A DNA stretch of 64,000 bases from Takakia lepidozioides (lineage: Eukaryota > Plantae > Bryophyta): contig CM060732.1 in the NCBI GenBank assembly GCA_030704615.1, forward strand, positions 80,042,001-80,106,000, in the 5' to 3' direction. Within the stretch, counting starts at the first letter, position 1. Each line of letters begins with the position of its first letter. The position numbers and the translations under genes are program-made. This document shows positions 1 to 12,890 of this stretch, piece by piece. Below the pieces are notes generated by a model, which was given only the letters and a program-made list of their open reading frames with translations, ran no database searches and was not told where the DNA came from.

Positions 1-1059
1 CTCACCTCGATCCATGATCACCATGACATCGTGCTCATCCGAGAGGGCATGGAAGGTCAGTCAATGTGTACCACAGGTAGTAATCGTGGAGCAACGGGTA
101 CTTCTTGCCAACAGATCGGAGCCTCTTATTGCAATTTGCAAGACACCAAAAGTAGGCCACAGGCTCCTTCTTGTGGATGCCACTCTGACCCAACCAGTGG
201 AGCACGACGATGATAGCTTTTTCTGCGCAGGCATTCTGCCTGGTACATGTTCTTGGGCTGCCTTCTGCTTTTTGACTTGAAGACCGAATGCGCGATTCTA
301 AGCGCAACGGTGCTCCATGATTTCATCCAGTATTGGCTGGTTTCGCAGATGCTTCTGCTCGACTTCGCGGTAGTGAGAGGCCCGTTTCCACACCTGCGAT
401 TGAGGAGGCATTCCTGCACACTTTGAAATGCTTTGCCGAGATAGAGAGTCCACTGGAGTGCAAAGCAAGCAGATGAAGGAAGCAGACGACATTCGGTAAT
501 GCGCGGGAACCACCTTGTCTGCCAAAGTGGACAATGGACAAGTCGCACGTAGGGAAATCATGCCTGTGCCTTTTCCAGCACATTGGTGGTGACTTGGCAT
601 TAGGGGCTGGTCTCACGGTGCATTTTCCACGCCGTATGGTCCATTCCACACTTCGTAATTATCATGCAGGAATTATGGTGTTGGTGAGATATGTAACTAG
701 TTTTATTTTATTTTATTTTTATTTTTATTTTTATTTTATTTATAAATAAATGAAACAGGGAGGCCGTGGCATGGGACTTTTTATGGGGAAAAAAATAAAA
801 CCCCCATGAACGCCATGAGAGTCACACACTGTAGTGCGACCATCTCTTTGTATTTCCGAGGCCAGATTTCGAAGTTCGTGATTTATTTCGTTTGCAGCGG
901 AGTACTAACTAAACCCATACACCACAATCAGTGGAAATAATTGTATGTTCCCATTTCACACGCGTGTGTAACATGCCATGTAAACTAAGCCAACCCCTGC
1001 CACGCTCATGGCTGTTTTCACACCGTTCTTGCGTGGGGTATGGACCACATGTGAGACAC

Positions 1060-1588
1060 CCCACAGTTAGGGCATATTTAGACCCACACCTTGGCTCAGT
1101 GTACAGACCCATGATAAAAGCCGTGGAATGTGCCAGGTGTGAGATGGCAGAGCCGTGGAAAAAGCCGGTTTCTCTTCTAGTGGTATGAGGTCAAAATACC
1201 GAAAGGACATAAATTTCTTGACTATATCGAACAGTATTGGAAGCCCAAAATAGCAATGTGGTGTACAGCAGCCTGCCATGTCCCTCATGCGAGCCAAGAC
1301 ACAAACGCAAGCATTGAGGCATACCATGGAAATCTGAAGGCAAGACTTGCCATGGGGAAATGCAAGATGAGTGGTCGTAGAGTGGACTGGCTTATATGGG
1401 AACTCACTGGCCGTGTGCTAACACACTACTAGTACGCAATCCATTTGAAGACCCATGGGTTCATAAGAAATGACAAACACGAAAAGTACATATCCAGTTC
1501 TATACTTGCGGCACGAGACATTCATGCTGAGAGTGTTACTCTTCCCTTGGGTCCTGGTGAACCAGCCTACGTTCTCAGCAGCAACCAC
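1060..1588 (+). pseudogene. MULE (Mutator-like) transposase, C-terminal part before the CACTA insertion
   Basis: Manual translation gives KFLDYIEQYWKPKIAMWCTAACHVPHASQDTNASIEAYHGNLKARL...RRVDWLIWELT, matching the W..TN..E..H..LK and RxDWL motifs of MULE transposases. In-frame stop near 1430. Joins the SWIM part at 5797 once the CACTA element is removed. The 5' limit is approximate. Confidence 0.7.
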
Positions 1589-2356
1589 CACTACAAGAGA
1601 TGAGCGTTTTTAGGACTACGGATTTGGCGGAGTCATAAAAACGGCACTAGGTATACGACTACAGAGCGCTGAAATGCGTTGCAGTCATAGTTTTATCACT
1701 TTATAGTAATGGATATCACTACATGACTCCGGAAAATTAGGGAGCATTGGTCAAACATTGTTGACCATGGTGACAAGGATGGTTTTATGACTAGTGTGAT
1801 ATGTTTGACTAGACGTGGACGACGTTTCATGGAATCTTGTGACTCCATGACTGAAGATGGTTTTACAGCTCTATTTATACGACTACATCCCTACACGTGT
1901 CATTTTGAAAGCACATACATGAATGTATTCATCCATTGGATGAGTTTATCCATCGATGACATGGCATGTAAACTTATGAGTCCCTTACTGCAAATTGTTT
2001 CATAACTCTATATATATGACTACATCACTACACATGTCATTTAAAAGGCATATACATTAATGAATTCATTCAATGGATGGGTTCATCTATCCGCCTATAC
2101 GGTGTGTCGATTTGATATCTGTTCAATAAATTGGACCTGGATGGACGTGGCTTAACAAGGATCGCAAGATATATGAGATTAAAATACGTGATTGTACAAG
2201 GTTAGATCATGTGATGGAAATTATTTTGAATCATTAGATTTTACAGGATCTAACGGTCTAGATTGTTTAAGATCTAACGGTTTAAGATTACACCGCCGAA
2301 CTTTACACCGGGCTGGGTCTTAGGCTTTTTTGTCTCCTGCGTTTCACCATCTATTT

Positions 2357-2455
2357 GATGTTGTGTCATGGAACGCGATGATCGTAGGATATGCAAGGGC
2401 GTGGGATGGAGGCTTTGCAGACCTTCCTACTCTTGAGCAAATGATGCAGGAAGGA
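2357..2455 (+). pseudogene. Captured PLS-type PPR motif fragment inside the CACTA element
   Basis: DVVSWNAMIVGYA...LEQMMQEG is a typical PPR motif. It is isolated, with no further repeats. Confidence 0.65.
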
Positions 2456-5081
2456 GAAGAGGAGGAGGAGAGGAGACGAGGAGAAGATCCCAACATTCTT
2501 GTGAGCTCGCCATTTTTGGGAGAGAGACGAGACGAGGAGACGCTCGCCGTTCTTGGGAGAGTCAGCTTGGTCTTAGCAGGCCGTGTTTCAATCTCTGCCT
2601 GCTCAGCTGCACCGTGGTGGTTCGATCTCACATACCAATCCAACATTACCTGACTACAGATACAAGCAGCACACACAAGGGGTCCTTTTGGGCTGATGGT
2701 CGGTCAAATCCTCTATGGGTCATGATACAAGGTAAAGGACAATGTGGTGAGGATACCTTCTTCTTTGACCTATTTCAGCCTGTTTTGCTCTGTTTGGCAG
2801 CATGAAAGTATCCAAAAACAGGTAATAGAGATGAGGAGAAGCTTTGGAATGAACACTTTTCCGACCCCAGTCAATGGCGAGACAATGGAGACAAAAAGGT
2901 GAATGCATGTTGGACTACACTAGAGAGAAGTAGATGCAATTTAGAATTAGAACTACTGTAATAATTAGGGTTGGGGTTTGCTGGAAGAACTTCACGCCGT
3001 CAGTGTCAGCTGCTAGCAGCAAGTATTCATGATTTGTACACAGACATGGGTAGCTAAAGGACCAGGGATAGAGGTCCAGGTTCATCCAAGAGGGTTTTTA
3101 AGGTTTCATCCATACTGAATGAAATTTCTGTTATAACCATAACTGGATGATTTACAGGCAGATATGCATTTCAATGCATTTTAGGTTTATGCTCCTTTGA
3201 TTTAAACCTATTGAATGCCCATTTTTCATCCTGGTCTGATACCATCCATACCGGATGGTGGATGAAATTGCGGGTGGTTTTCCTTTAAGTGTCTCTCTGC
3301 CCTAGACACAGCACGATATCGTGCGTGTTTTTTTTCTCTGGAAGAGAGCGATGGCGGACGAATGCTCGATGGCGGCTGAATGCCCGAGCAGCAAGATCCG
3401 AACGGGTGTGTTCTTGTTTTTTGAACGCGCGATGACGGCAGACACTTTCATCTCCCGCGATGGCAAATGACATACTGTTATGTTTGCCTACGTTTTTTCC
3501 TCATTGATGAAGCAGCGGCGGTTATGGAGGTGGGGAAGTGGCCTGTATTACAAGATACAACTTGTCCTCAACTCTCCTCCCGTTGCATTCTGTTGTGCTC
3601 GTTCAAATTCAGATGATGAACACTGCAGTGTCCTACTCCACAAAAGATTGAGGTTCTTTGTGGTGTCACATCTATGCTTTCTTCTGCTGGTTTTGTGATC
3701 TTTGCATGCTTTATCGCTCATACTTGACATGGATAGCAACTGTGAAATCCTGTAATTCACCTCGCGCATCCTCACTAACGCACAAAACATTTTTTGTGTT
3801 TGTTTTTGGGACGGGCGCAGGTGAGGGATTTCACTTGGCATGAACTCTTTGGCTTGCAGATGATTTGGTTACTGCAGGAGGGATAAGATATGCTGCAAGC
3901 TACCGTTGTTGCAATTTTCTGCTTCAAAGCTGCTTCAAGGGGGATATGCCTTAAACCTTTACTTTGATTTCTGGTTCTTGGTAACCAAATCTATTAAGTC
4001 AGGGAAGTAAATGGGCTGGGCCTCCTAGAAATCAGACCTTATTGTGAAGGTTCGGGCTGGTTGTGATGACAAGGGTTTGGTGATGCAAGTGTGACATTGG
4101 ATGCATTTTTCCAGACCTGTTTTCTGGCATTTTGGAGAGTCAGACAGTGCTGTTTATGCCTCACTAGTTTAGAATGTATTAAGTAAGGCATTGGGTAAGC
4201 CTTTTTAAGAACACATACATTCTTTCAGGCTCCCCCATGGAGATTATAGCCTGATTACAGACTGGTATTTGAGGATCTCTCTAAAACTTGGCAGAGTGAC
4301 TGGATAAGGCCCTGGGATACATACCATAGCCCTGCATCTACTTATGGAAGTACAATCAGTTCAGCTTGTGCTTTTAGGAACATACAAGTCCTTTAAAGCT
4401 GTAATAGGGAATTGTTTTCATCAAAGCTTTCACTCTTAGGCCTGCTGGAATGGTTTTCTCAAAGACCTGTTGAGCTTACAACATACTTGTTTAAGCTATT
4501 TGAACCCAAGAATTACCAAGCCAGTATTTTTAAAGGGCTTTTTTTTTATTACGAACTGTATTCTTAAGCTCCCCCCAGAAATTGGGAATGTGACATGGTA
4601 ATGACTCTCTCTCTCTCTCCTCCTCTGATACATGATACATATATACATGATTTGTGCAGAGGCATGGATATCTGAAGGAGCAGGGATAGAGTGCATGGGT
4701 CCAGATTCATCCAAGAGGGCCGGATTTCAATCTCCAGATTACATATGATTCCCTGTGGAAGGATAGCTACAAGAAACCTGCATGATAGATGATCAATTGG
4801 TTGGTCTTGAGCTGAAGAGCACGACCCCTGCAGGGATGTCTCTCCATCTGTAGATCTTTTAGGAAGTGGAAGGCTAGGCCTAGGGCCCAGTTTTCTTATG
4901 ACATTGTTAGCTGATTTTCAGTTCTTCTCCTTAGCTCGGTGCTTTTCTGTTTCCAAGTTATGGCAGTAGTTTCTGGCTGCAGTCTCTTTTCCTGCTAGAC
5001 TCTTTAGCTCTATGCAGACCCCCTTCTTTGCTTGCCTTCCTTCTTACTACTCTTTCTTGTCTTGGTACGCGAAGCTGTGTC

Positions 5082-5174
5082 TTCCTCTTTCAGCCTCTAT
5101 GGCACTCTATCCAGAGGCTATTTTTCCTCTTTCAGCCTCTATGGCACTCTATCCAGAGGCTATTTTTCCTCTTT
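5082..5174. repeat. 42-bp tandem duplication
   Basis: TTCCTCTTTCAGCCTCTATGGCACTCTATCCAGAGGCTATTT occurs twice, plus a partial third copy. Confidence 0.9.
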
Positions 5175-5796
5175 GTATCAAGGACATTTTATGTCCATTA
5201 CCTATAAAGTTCTAGAGGCCACTGTCCCCCACTGTCCCTCTTTGTTAACAAAAATAAAAATAATAAAAAAAGACAACAATGGCTTCCATTCTATTTTCCT
5301 AGATACCTAATGAGAATTTAAATCAATTAGTAATCTAAATATTATGTATGATCTAATTTATTAAATTAAAATATTATTAAAAAACCTCTTTAGTCATGAA
5401 GTTATATACTCATGACTACATCATGGCAACGTGGCATTATATGATACGATATTCTTTCCCACGTGTGGGTCATATATGTTGTCCATGTGGACACGTGTCA
5501 CATCCGGAGTGCTACATATGTCTCTCTGACGCCTCTCCAATGGAGTTATACTTTGTAGACATGTAGTCATATAGTTAGTCATATATAAATCATATAGTTG
5601 TGACTACATCCTTTCTACAGCATGACTCCAGGTGCCACGCATGCAGTCACGGCTATGACTTGCAAAACGCAGTCCTAAAGACTAGTCGCTATGACAGGGT
5701 TTTTTTCACTGCAGAGTGATATAGTCATGAACGCATATAAGACTGAAAAAATAGTCATATGTGCAGTCATAAAAACGCTCATCTGTTGTAGTGCAC

Positions 5797-6453
5797 CCCG
5801 GCACAACATACATTGTTTACAATCCTGATTGCGATTGGGCTTGTTGCACGTGCCCATGGGCAATGAAGGGAAACTTATACAAGCATCAGGTCCGTGTCCT
5901 GAAGATGCTTCACCCTGACCTGCAGGATGGCTTCCTTGTGTGCGCTTGTGGCACGGCGCTGGGAACCATTCATGGAGGATTACCTAACTTGCTCTTGGGC
6001 AATGGTGCCGGCGGCAACGAAGAATCCAATCAGTTCATGGAAAGACATCCTCCGGACGACTTCCCCTACGACGAGGCACCTCTGGAGGTCTCAGCCTCAA
6101 TGGAACAAGAATTCGCGGACATACTTCGCATTGTAGGTGATGACAAATACCTGGAGGCACATGCCCGATCTGCTCTTCGTATATGCAGAGGGCAGCACGT
6201 TGATATCCTGGCGAAAAGTGTGGCTGGAATGTTGCACCCTGCGGTAGAGAAGGCTTTCCGTCCTCTGAACGACAATAATAACATGTCTCTGAAAAAGAGA
6301 CGAGATTTTGTGGAGGTCTGGAAAACCCGGCCTAGGGTTTTGCGGAGAACCAGCAAGAGGGTGTCTGCACCTGCACCTGCACCTGCACCACATATATACT
6401 CGAAAATTTGCAAGGTTTCAGGTCGTGTAGGTGTCACGAAGAAGACAATATAA
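5797..6453 (+). pseudogene. MULE transposase SWIM zinc finger and C-terminal tail (continuation after the CACTA insertion)
   Basis: PGTTYIVYNPDCDWACCTCPWAMKGNLYKHQ is a SWIM CxC-xn-CxH motif with the third Cys replaced by Tyr. It is contiguous with AYVLSSNH at ~1565-1588 across the TSD. Confidence 0.8.
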
Positions 6454-6504
6454 GTCTGCAATTCCTCTGGTAGCATTGTCCCTTTCTGAAATACAAGTCC
6501 GCAA

Positions 6505-6730
6505 TGGACTCATGCACAGTCTCCCAACGGACTCCTCCAGTCTCCACAATCCCAGCACACTCCGGCACAAACTCCCATCAGACGGCTGCAGAGTCCCACA
6601 ATGGACTCCTTCACAGTCTCCCAACGGACTCCTCCAGTCTCCTAACTGACTCCCACACAGTCTCCCAAGCATATTCTCCCAACGGACTCACGCACAGTCT
6701 CCCAACAGAGTCACAGTCAACAGACTCCGA
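6505..6730. repeat. Degenerate tandem repeats built on CACAGTCTCCCAACGGACTC, between the convergent MULE genes
   Basis: The unit is seen at ~6515, ~6612, ~6656 and ~6693. Confidence 0.75.
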
Positions 6731-7205
6731 ACGCCAGTAAGCCAGTCTGCTGGTCAGTCTGCTGCCCACTCCAAAAGTCTGCTCACCACACTTCCACCTC
6801 ATCCCTGCAACTCTTCCAGCAGACTGCTGGACAGACTAAGTCTCAAGCAGACTCATCCACAACAGCAGACTCAAAATGGACAGGCTCCAGTGGACTACCT
6901 CCCTAACGACTCATGCCAATCCAGCGTCCCAGCGGACTCATGGACATGGTGCCTACCAGACTAGGTACCAGACCCACCAGTCCTAGCCTCGGCAGCGTAC
7001 TGCTCGCACATTCAAGCTCAGCAGACTCGGGTGCACAGTGCATGGAAAAATTGACACCATTGTGTCCATTGAGTTTAATGACAACATTACAAAACATGCC
7101 AGCACCCACAGTACACAAAAATGCTTATCACCACTGGAATAGTAAGCGAAAAAACTTGCATTTTTTATTTCGGTACGTAGACTTCACATGACAAGTACAT
7201 CATAC

Positions 7206-10200
7206 TCATGAGAGCAGTTTCTCTACATTATCCAACCCCCGCACGATATACTGGGCACACTGCATTCGCTGCCCAAGTGCAAACTTGAAAGTAAACCAGT
7301 CCTTCGTGAAAGGTGTTCCTCTCTCTGGCTTTGCAGTCTTGGAGACATTTCCTCTGACTTTTACCCACTCATAAAACACTTGAATGAATGACATGACGTA
7401 AAAGCCACACTCCCAGCTGAATGGTTGCTGGGGCACATCAGGCGCGTGGAACTGAAATGCTTGGACAATCTCATGCCACTCCGGTGAGTCCATCGAGTAC
7501 CCTAAGCACTCAGCATGAAGCTTCTGAATCCACCCTAGAACAAAGGGACAACCATGCGAGTCCCTGATAGAGTTCAGGTGAGTGTAACAGCCCTTGCGGA
7601 GGTCGATGATACAAACACTCCAGTGCCCCCTGCAATGGTATCAAACAACATGGCGTCATTGCACAATCATGATGGGCAGACTCAGCAGACTGACACTCAG
7701 CAGACTCAATCTTCAAACCCAGTCCACTGTACAAATACAGAGGTCAACTTAATCGCTCAGAGTCAAGACGACACTGCGAAACCAGACTATGACTCAGGAG
7801 ACAGTCTCAGCAGACTCGGAAGAGTTCTTACTCGTCCTCAATTGGCACCAAAATGAAATCGCACTCTTTCAAGTCCTTGCCCAGTCGTTCAGTGCTGAGG
7901 CAACCTTTCAAGACCTCTAGAAGGTTTTCACGTTGCCCCACCCCCAATGACTTCAACACCGTCCACGTCGACGTTGGAAGAACATCAATAGTATTGGTGA
8001 ACGCAGCCTCAACCGACTTCTCATAGAATCGACACCACAGCTCCAGGAGTCTATCTGTGCACTCCGACTCAACCTTCTGGAGCGCCTTTATGTCATCCGG
8101 CGACAGTCCGCATTCAAACCGTGGGTCCCCTTCAAAAAACATCAACATGGAATTACCCGCCTTGACGTGCAAAACATGTGCTTTGCCAAACCGAGTACCC
8201 ATCCTACACAGAGCAGACCATCCTTTGGGAAGCCTCATGTACTGAACAGACTGATGGCAACATGGTGCCAAACACTCTATAGGCTGAACAGTTCATCAGA
8301 CTGACAAGACTAACCACAACAGACAATGATGAAACCAGCAGCAGACTGACCAGCGAGCAGAGTGACCACAACAGAGCGCAAAGCACTTAACGACAAAGAC
8401 AAACAAAGAGACTGAGCACAGTCTCACCTGTGCTGCTCTAGGAAACGACCCACATCTTTGTCCATGTCCAAGGCCAGCTTGCGGTTCTTGTTCATAAAGA
8501 CGCCAGACTTTTTCTTCGCCGGTCTCTTGGTACTCGGACCCTCCTCAACCTCCTCAACATGGTCCACGACAGTCCGCTTCTTGGCTTTGCCTCTCCCCTG
8601 AGAAGCAGGGACAGCTGTAGGCGGGCTGGATAGAGTAGACAAACGCAGCGCTGCCGCCCTACTTCGCAACAGAGGCTGGTCAGCAGGTTTGTTTACACTT
8701 GCTGGACCTGTCTTTGTAGCTTCGTGGGTCGCATGCGTAGAACTGACCCGCGCATCGGGGGGCGTGCTCACCCCCACACCTTTCTTGGTTGTCGATCCCA
8801 CGTTTGCAGCATGGGCAGAAGATGTCATGTCCTCAGAAGTAGACAGTCTGCCAACGGAGGGACGAACATCCTGTGAGGATACCGTGCAAAATGGCGAATA
8901 GCCCAATTTCACAATGTGCTAAAATATAAACAACAGTGCTGAAAGAGGAAATGGCACAACCTGCCCAAGGGGTGAGGGAGCAGACTCCATGTAATCCAGC
9001 GCTATACCAGATGGTATCTGCGCCACATGTGGTTCCTTGTCAGTGTGCCTGCTAGCATGTTCAGTTTGTTGCTCAATGTGGGCAGTCTACTCGGCCGCCG
9101 GTTCTTCATCAGTCCTTTCGTCTGTGAACTGTGCAGTCTGCTGGCAACTCTGCGGTTCAGTCTCTTCCTCAATGTGGGCAGTGTGCTCGGTGGCAGGTTG
9201 GTCGTCAGTCCTTCCCTCTGTGAAGTGTACAGTGTGCTGGTCAAGCCATGCAGTCTGAACTGTGCAGTCTACCGCTTCGAGCCATCCTGGTCAGTCCTTC
9301 CATCTGTGACCTGTGCAGTCTGCTGGTTAGTCTGCAGTTCAGTCTGCTCATCAATGAAGACAGTATGCTGCCCCGCCACAGGTTGCTCGGCAGTCCTTCC
9401 ATGTGTCGACTGTTCAGTATGCTGGTCAGTCTGGTGGACAGCCGGCTGGGTGTTCGGATCTCCATGGACTTGGGAAACATCAAGAACATGTATGGAAGAC
9501 CCACCGGCAATTGCTTCCTCAGACTCTTCTGTAAGATCTATGATACGGTTTTGCATTCCCAGATTGAGTTCGGTCATCACGTAAGACTCATCTATGGCTT
9601 TTGCCACTGAGCGCACGAAAACAAGACTAAGCTGGAAGGTCATAGAAGGCAAGCCACGGGGAGCTGGATAAGAATGCTTTACCGGTGACCTAATGACGTC
9701 GTCGGTGAATGTGCCTGGGGGAAAAGTGGACTCGGTCAAAACACTCATACTGGGCAGATCCAAAAACATGTTGTTGGGAACTCAGCAGAAATTCGTCCAC
9801 AGGGTCCCGGTGAGGCCAGTGCATCCGAGTCTGTTGCACAATCCAAGGAACAGACTGGCTGTTAGTCTCCTGGATAGTCTGCTCGGCCATCTGCTGAGTG
9901 GGTCCGCCAGTGTGCTGGACAGTCTGCTGAGGGGCAATCTGCTGGCTGGATTCGTCGGTCTGCTGCACGATCTGCTGCACAGTCTGCTGAGGGGCAGTCT
10001 GGTGGCCATGTTCAGTGGTCTGCTACACAGTCGGCTGAGGGGTAGTCTGTTGGCCGGTCTGTTCTCCTGTCTGTTGCAAAGTCTACAAAGTTCGCTGCCC
10101 GCTCAGTACTGTTTGCACATACTGAGTATGTGTGTGCGGGGCAGTCTGCTGGGAGTGATCCGGCCTATTACCCGGGATAGTCTGGTGCACATGCTCGGTC

Positions 10201-12890
10201 TTCAGCACTTGGGCAGTCTGCCCACATGTGTCGTGGGGAATATGTTGTTGGACATTCTTGTGGCCAGTCTCCCGAACTCCTTGTAAAGCCAGGACAAGGT
10301 CTCTTGCACCTCTGGCAAAAGAGTCAAAAGCAGCCTGCACTTGTTTGTCTCCCATATCAACTGGCCCTGCAACACATGTTTATGCAAATGTGAACTTCTA
10401 AAAAAGTTGGCAAAAGAAATTAAGCTGAAACACGAAAGTTGCCCATAATATTTTCCTTCCAAGAGATTTCCGTCGAGGCCAATGTCCTTGATTTGCCGGC
10501 ACAGGCATGCTCCATCGAGATGAACAATGGTGCCGATGCGGTCTTTAGTTGGGATCCCACACCATAGGACTTTGAAGACATTGGGATTCTGCAAAACAAT
10601 GTCGAATACTGCTCGCTCCATTACCAATGCAAACCAGTGCAATGCGTCATCCACCACAAACTTATGTGAATGGTCTGTTCCATGGAGTAAGTCCATCCTC
10701 AAACTATGCAGATCCTTCATCAACTTGTTGTATGAGCGGAAATTGCCAAATTGCATCCATCTGTGTTGTAGGAAGGAAGCTGCCATGCGCTCAAAGTCCT
10801 CCTCAGTCAATCCGAACAAGTGCTTTCTTCGCACCCCAAAGGTTGGATATGCCATAGGCATATGTCTGAGGTCTTCAGGCCGTGGGTCATCCATGAGAAT
10901 CAGCTGTACAAGTAGAGGCGGCGCATTTTGGACGCTTGTGGCTTCAATGGCAACAGCAGAGGCGGCTTCCACAACATGGTTGGCTTCCTCAATAGAAAAC
11001 TCCATGGAATAATGAAAGGGTACAAATGACCACCGGCGGTCCACAACAATCCGGTGGAGCTCATTATGCCAATCCAAATGGGGATTAATTTCTCCCATCC
11101 TAAGCCGGGGAAGTGTGAGGTCTTCAGCTCCGGGTCGAATTACCGGTGATGGCGATCGCCAAACTGCAAAAAGCGCCGTGCTATGTGAGAGAAAGACACT
11201 CTGCTGGTCAGTCTGCTGGTCCGCAGTATGTTGGATGACAGGACTTCCCATTGGCATGGGCTGCATGATGGGCTCCTGGAGAGGAGTCTGCAGGATGACA
11301 GGCTGCTCGTTGGGAGTCTGCTCCGTTGGAGTCTGCTGGATGACAGGCTGCTGAACGGGAGTCTGCTGGATGACGGCCTGCTGGATGGCAGACTCGGCTG
11401 TCCCAGACGCATTCCCCCCCCGACGCGTCTTGAATATGTAATGCCGCTATAGCAGCAGATGACCCAGGATACTTCAATAATATGTACTCTTGCACGCGGT
11501 CCACTTCCGCACGCACTGCAGTCGCTTGTAAAGGAGCATCATTGCTAGGTATCTGCCAAGCCCGAATGGCCCTACGAATAGAAACACGTTCATCCTGGTA
11601 CACGGCAGAGAACTTGGACGTCGGGAACATGGACGTGGATTCTATATTCACCTTAGCGGATTGGACTCACAGACCAGCAGACTGACAGACGTAACGTGCG
11701 TACGTAGGGTGGAGGCAACTAGTAGACTGTACCAGTGGATTGGACCAGCGGACTGACAAACGGACAAAGTAAGTAATGCAGCGATATAAAACAGACTAAC
11801 TGACGAGCGGAGTGAGCCAGCGGACTGAGGAGAGAACGCAACGGACTGACCAGACTGAATAGGCAACGTGACCCCGATGATGGACTCAAACAGTACAGAG
11901 AACAGACTGGGCGGTCAGATTGACCATTACCTCCTCTACTTCATCATCGTCATCTTCATCTTCAAAGTTGTTCAACCAGTTTTGTTCCGCCTATCGGATG
12001 AATGTGCGTAGCAGACCTGACTGGGCAACTCTGTAGAAATAACGGACGAAGTCTGGATCCCCAATTGGTGGGCACTCTGGTGGGAAAAGCCCAAAGTCAA
12101 CGAGGCGCAATGTGCCAGGGCAGACTGGCCCTTCAGTGCTCTGTTGAGTTTTTGGTTTTGACCCTAAGCCTCTGGCATGGGTCACGATATTTGTGTGAGT
12201 CTGCTACCGAGTCTGATCAGGCAAGTCAATGTCCACTGGACTTGTCACCCTTTCCAGGCCCTGAGTAGATTCACTTTCAGTATCAGTACTGATGGTGTGG
12301 GTGTGCCGCCCAGGATGGGGTTCAGTCTGTTGCGTGGATTTTGCCATTGCCTCGCGAGCAGACCTTGCAGCCTTCTCCTTTTTTTGCCTCTCCTTTTTTT
12401 GGGCCCCATCACTCAGTTTACGTTTCCTGGCAGCGTCCGGCGTTCCCTGCACTTGCAAATCCTCCATTGACGGACCACCAGAATGGACGCCATACCGTGC
12501 GCGCACTTTGTCTAATTCCAAAGTGCGGGGGTCAAGCACTGATCCGCACAAGCGCATTGTGGCCTCTTTGACAATCGACATTTCTTTCAGTATCGGCCAA
12601 TGCTTGAAATCCCGTGGAATCATTGCAACAGTCTCCTTGCAACCCGTGTCAACACAATGCCGATTTAGTTGGATTTTGTCCTTGATAACCTCTTCACAGA
12701 AGAGACAGAAGAGCTTGTCCTTCTGCCAATTCGAGTTTTTGGGCTTCCGGGCGCGGAGGTCTACAAATGCTTCCACTATTTTATGATCAAACTCGTCTGT
12801 TGAGTACCAGTACCTTCGCTCCTTCTTCAGTCTGGTTTGGTGCACAAAATCCACCCAGTCCGCTCCACCCTTTTCACAAGCATCCTCCAT
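7206..12890 (-). CDS. Spliced MULE accessory gene(s): N-terminal Cys/His motif, uncharacterised domain, Gln/Thr-rich linker, C-terminal Ulp1-family (C48) cysteine protease
   Basis: The exon ending FILVPIEDE|GTAAG (~7831) splices to AG|GHWSVCIIDLRKGCYTHLNSI...VPQQPFSWECGFYVMSFI, which carries the Ulp1 H-W, oxyanion Q and catalytic C. Upstream minus-strand ORFs 8424-8912, 9269-9769, 10202-11651 and 12204-12890 are colinear. There is at least one frameshift (C7 run near 11414). This may be more than one gene. Confidence 0.7.

Larger units (their letters stand above)
1589..5793. mobile_element. Non-autonomous CACTA (EnSpm) DNA transposon carrying gene fragments (Pack-CACTA-like)
   Basis: Left end CACTACAAGAGATGAGCGTTTTTA (1589). 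Right end TAAAAACGCTCATCTGTTGTAGTG (ends 5793), a 23/24 inverted match. 3-bp TSD CAC at 1586-1588 and 5794-5796. Many subterminal ATGACT/AGTCAT motifs at both ends. No transposase ORF inside. Confidence 0.93.

Noticed and set aside
14-650. Overlapping short ORFs at the window start (LLVDAT could be a DDE motif)
   Set aside because: Not enough recognisable motif context to assign a product.
701-748. (TTTTTA)n tract, plus (CA)n near 53234 and (CT)n near 55642
   Set aside because: Ordinary microsatellites.
6505-6730. Repeat-spacer-like pattern suggesting a CRISPR array
   Set aside because: Eukaryotic context, degenerate irregular units, no unique constant-length spacers and no cas genes.
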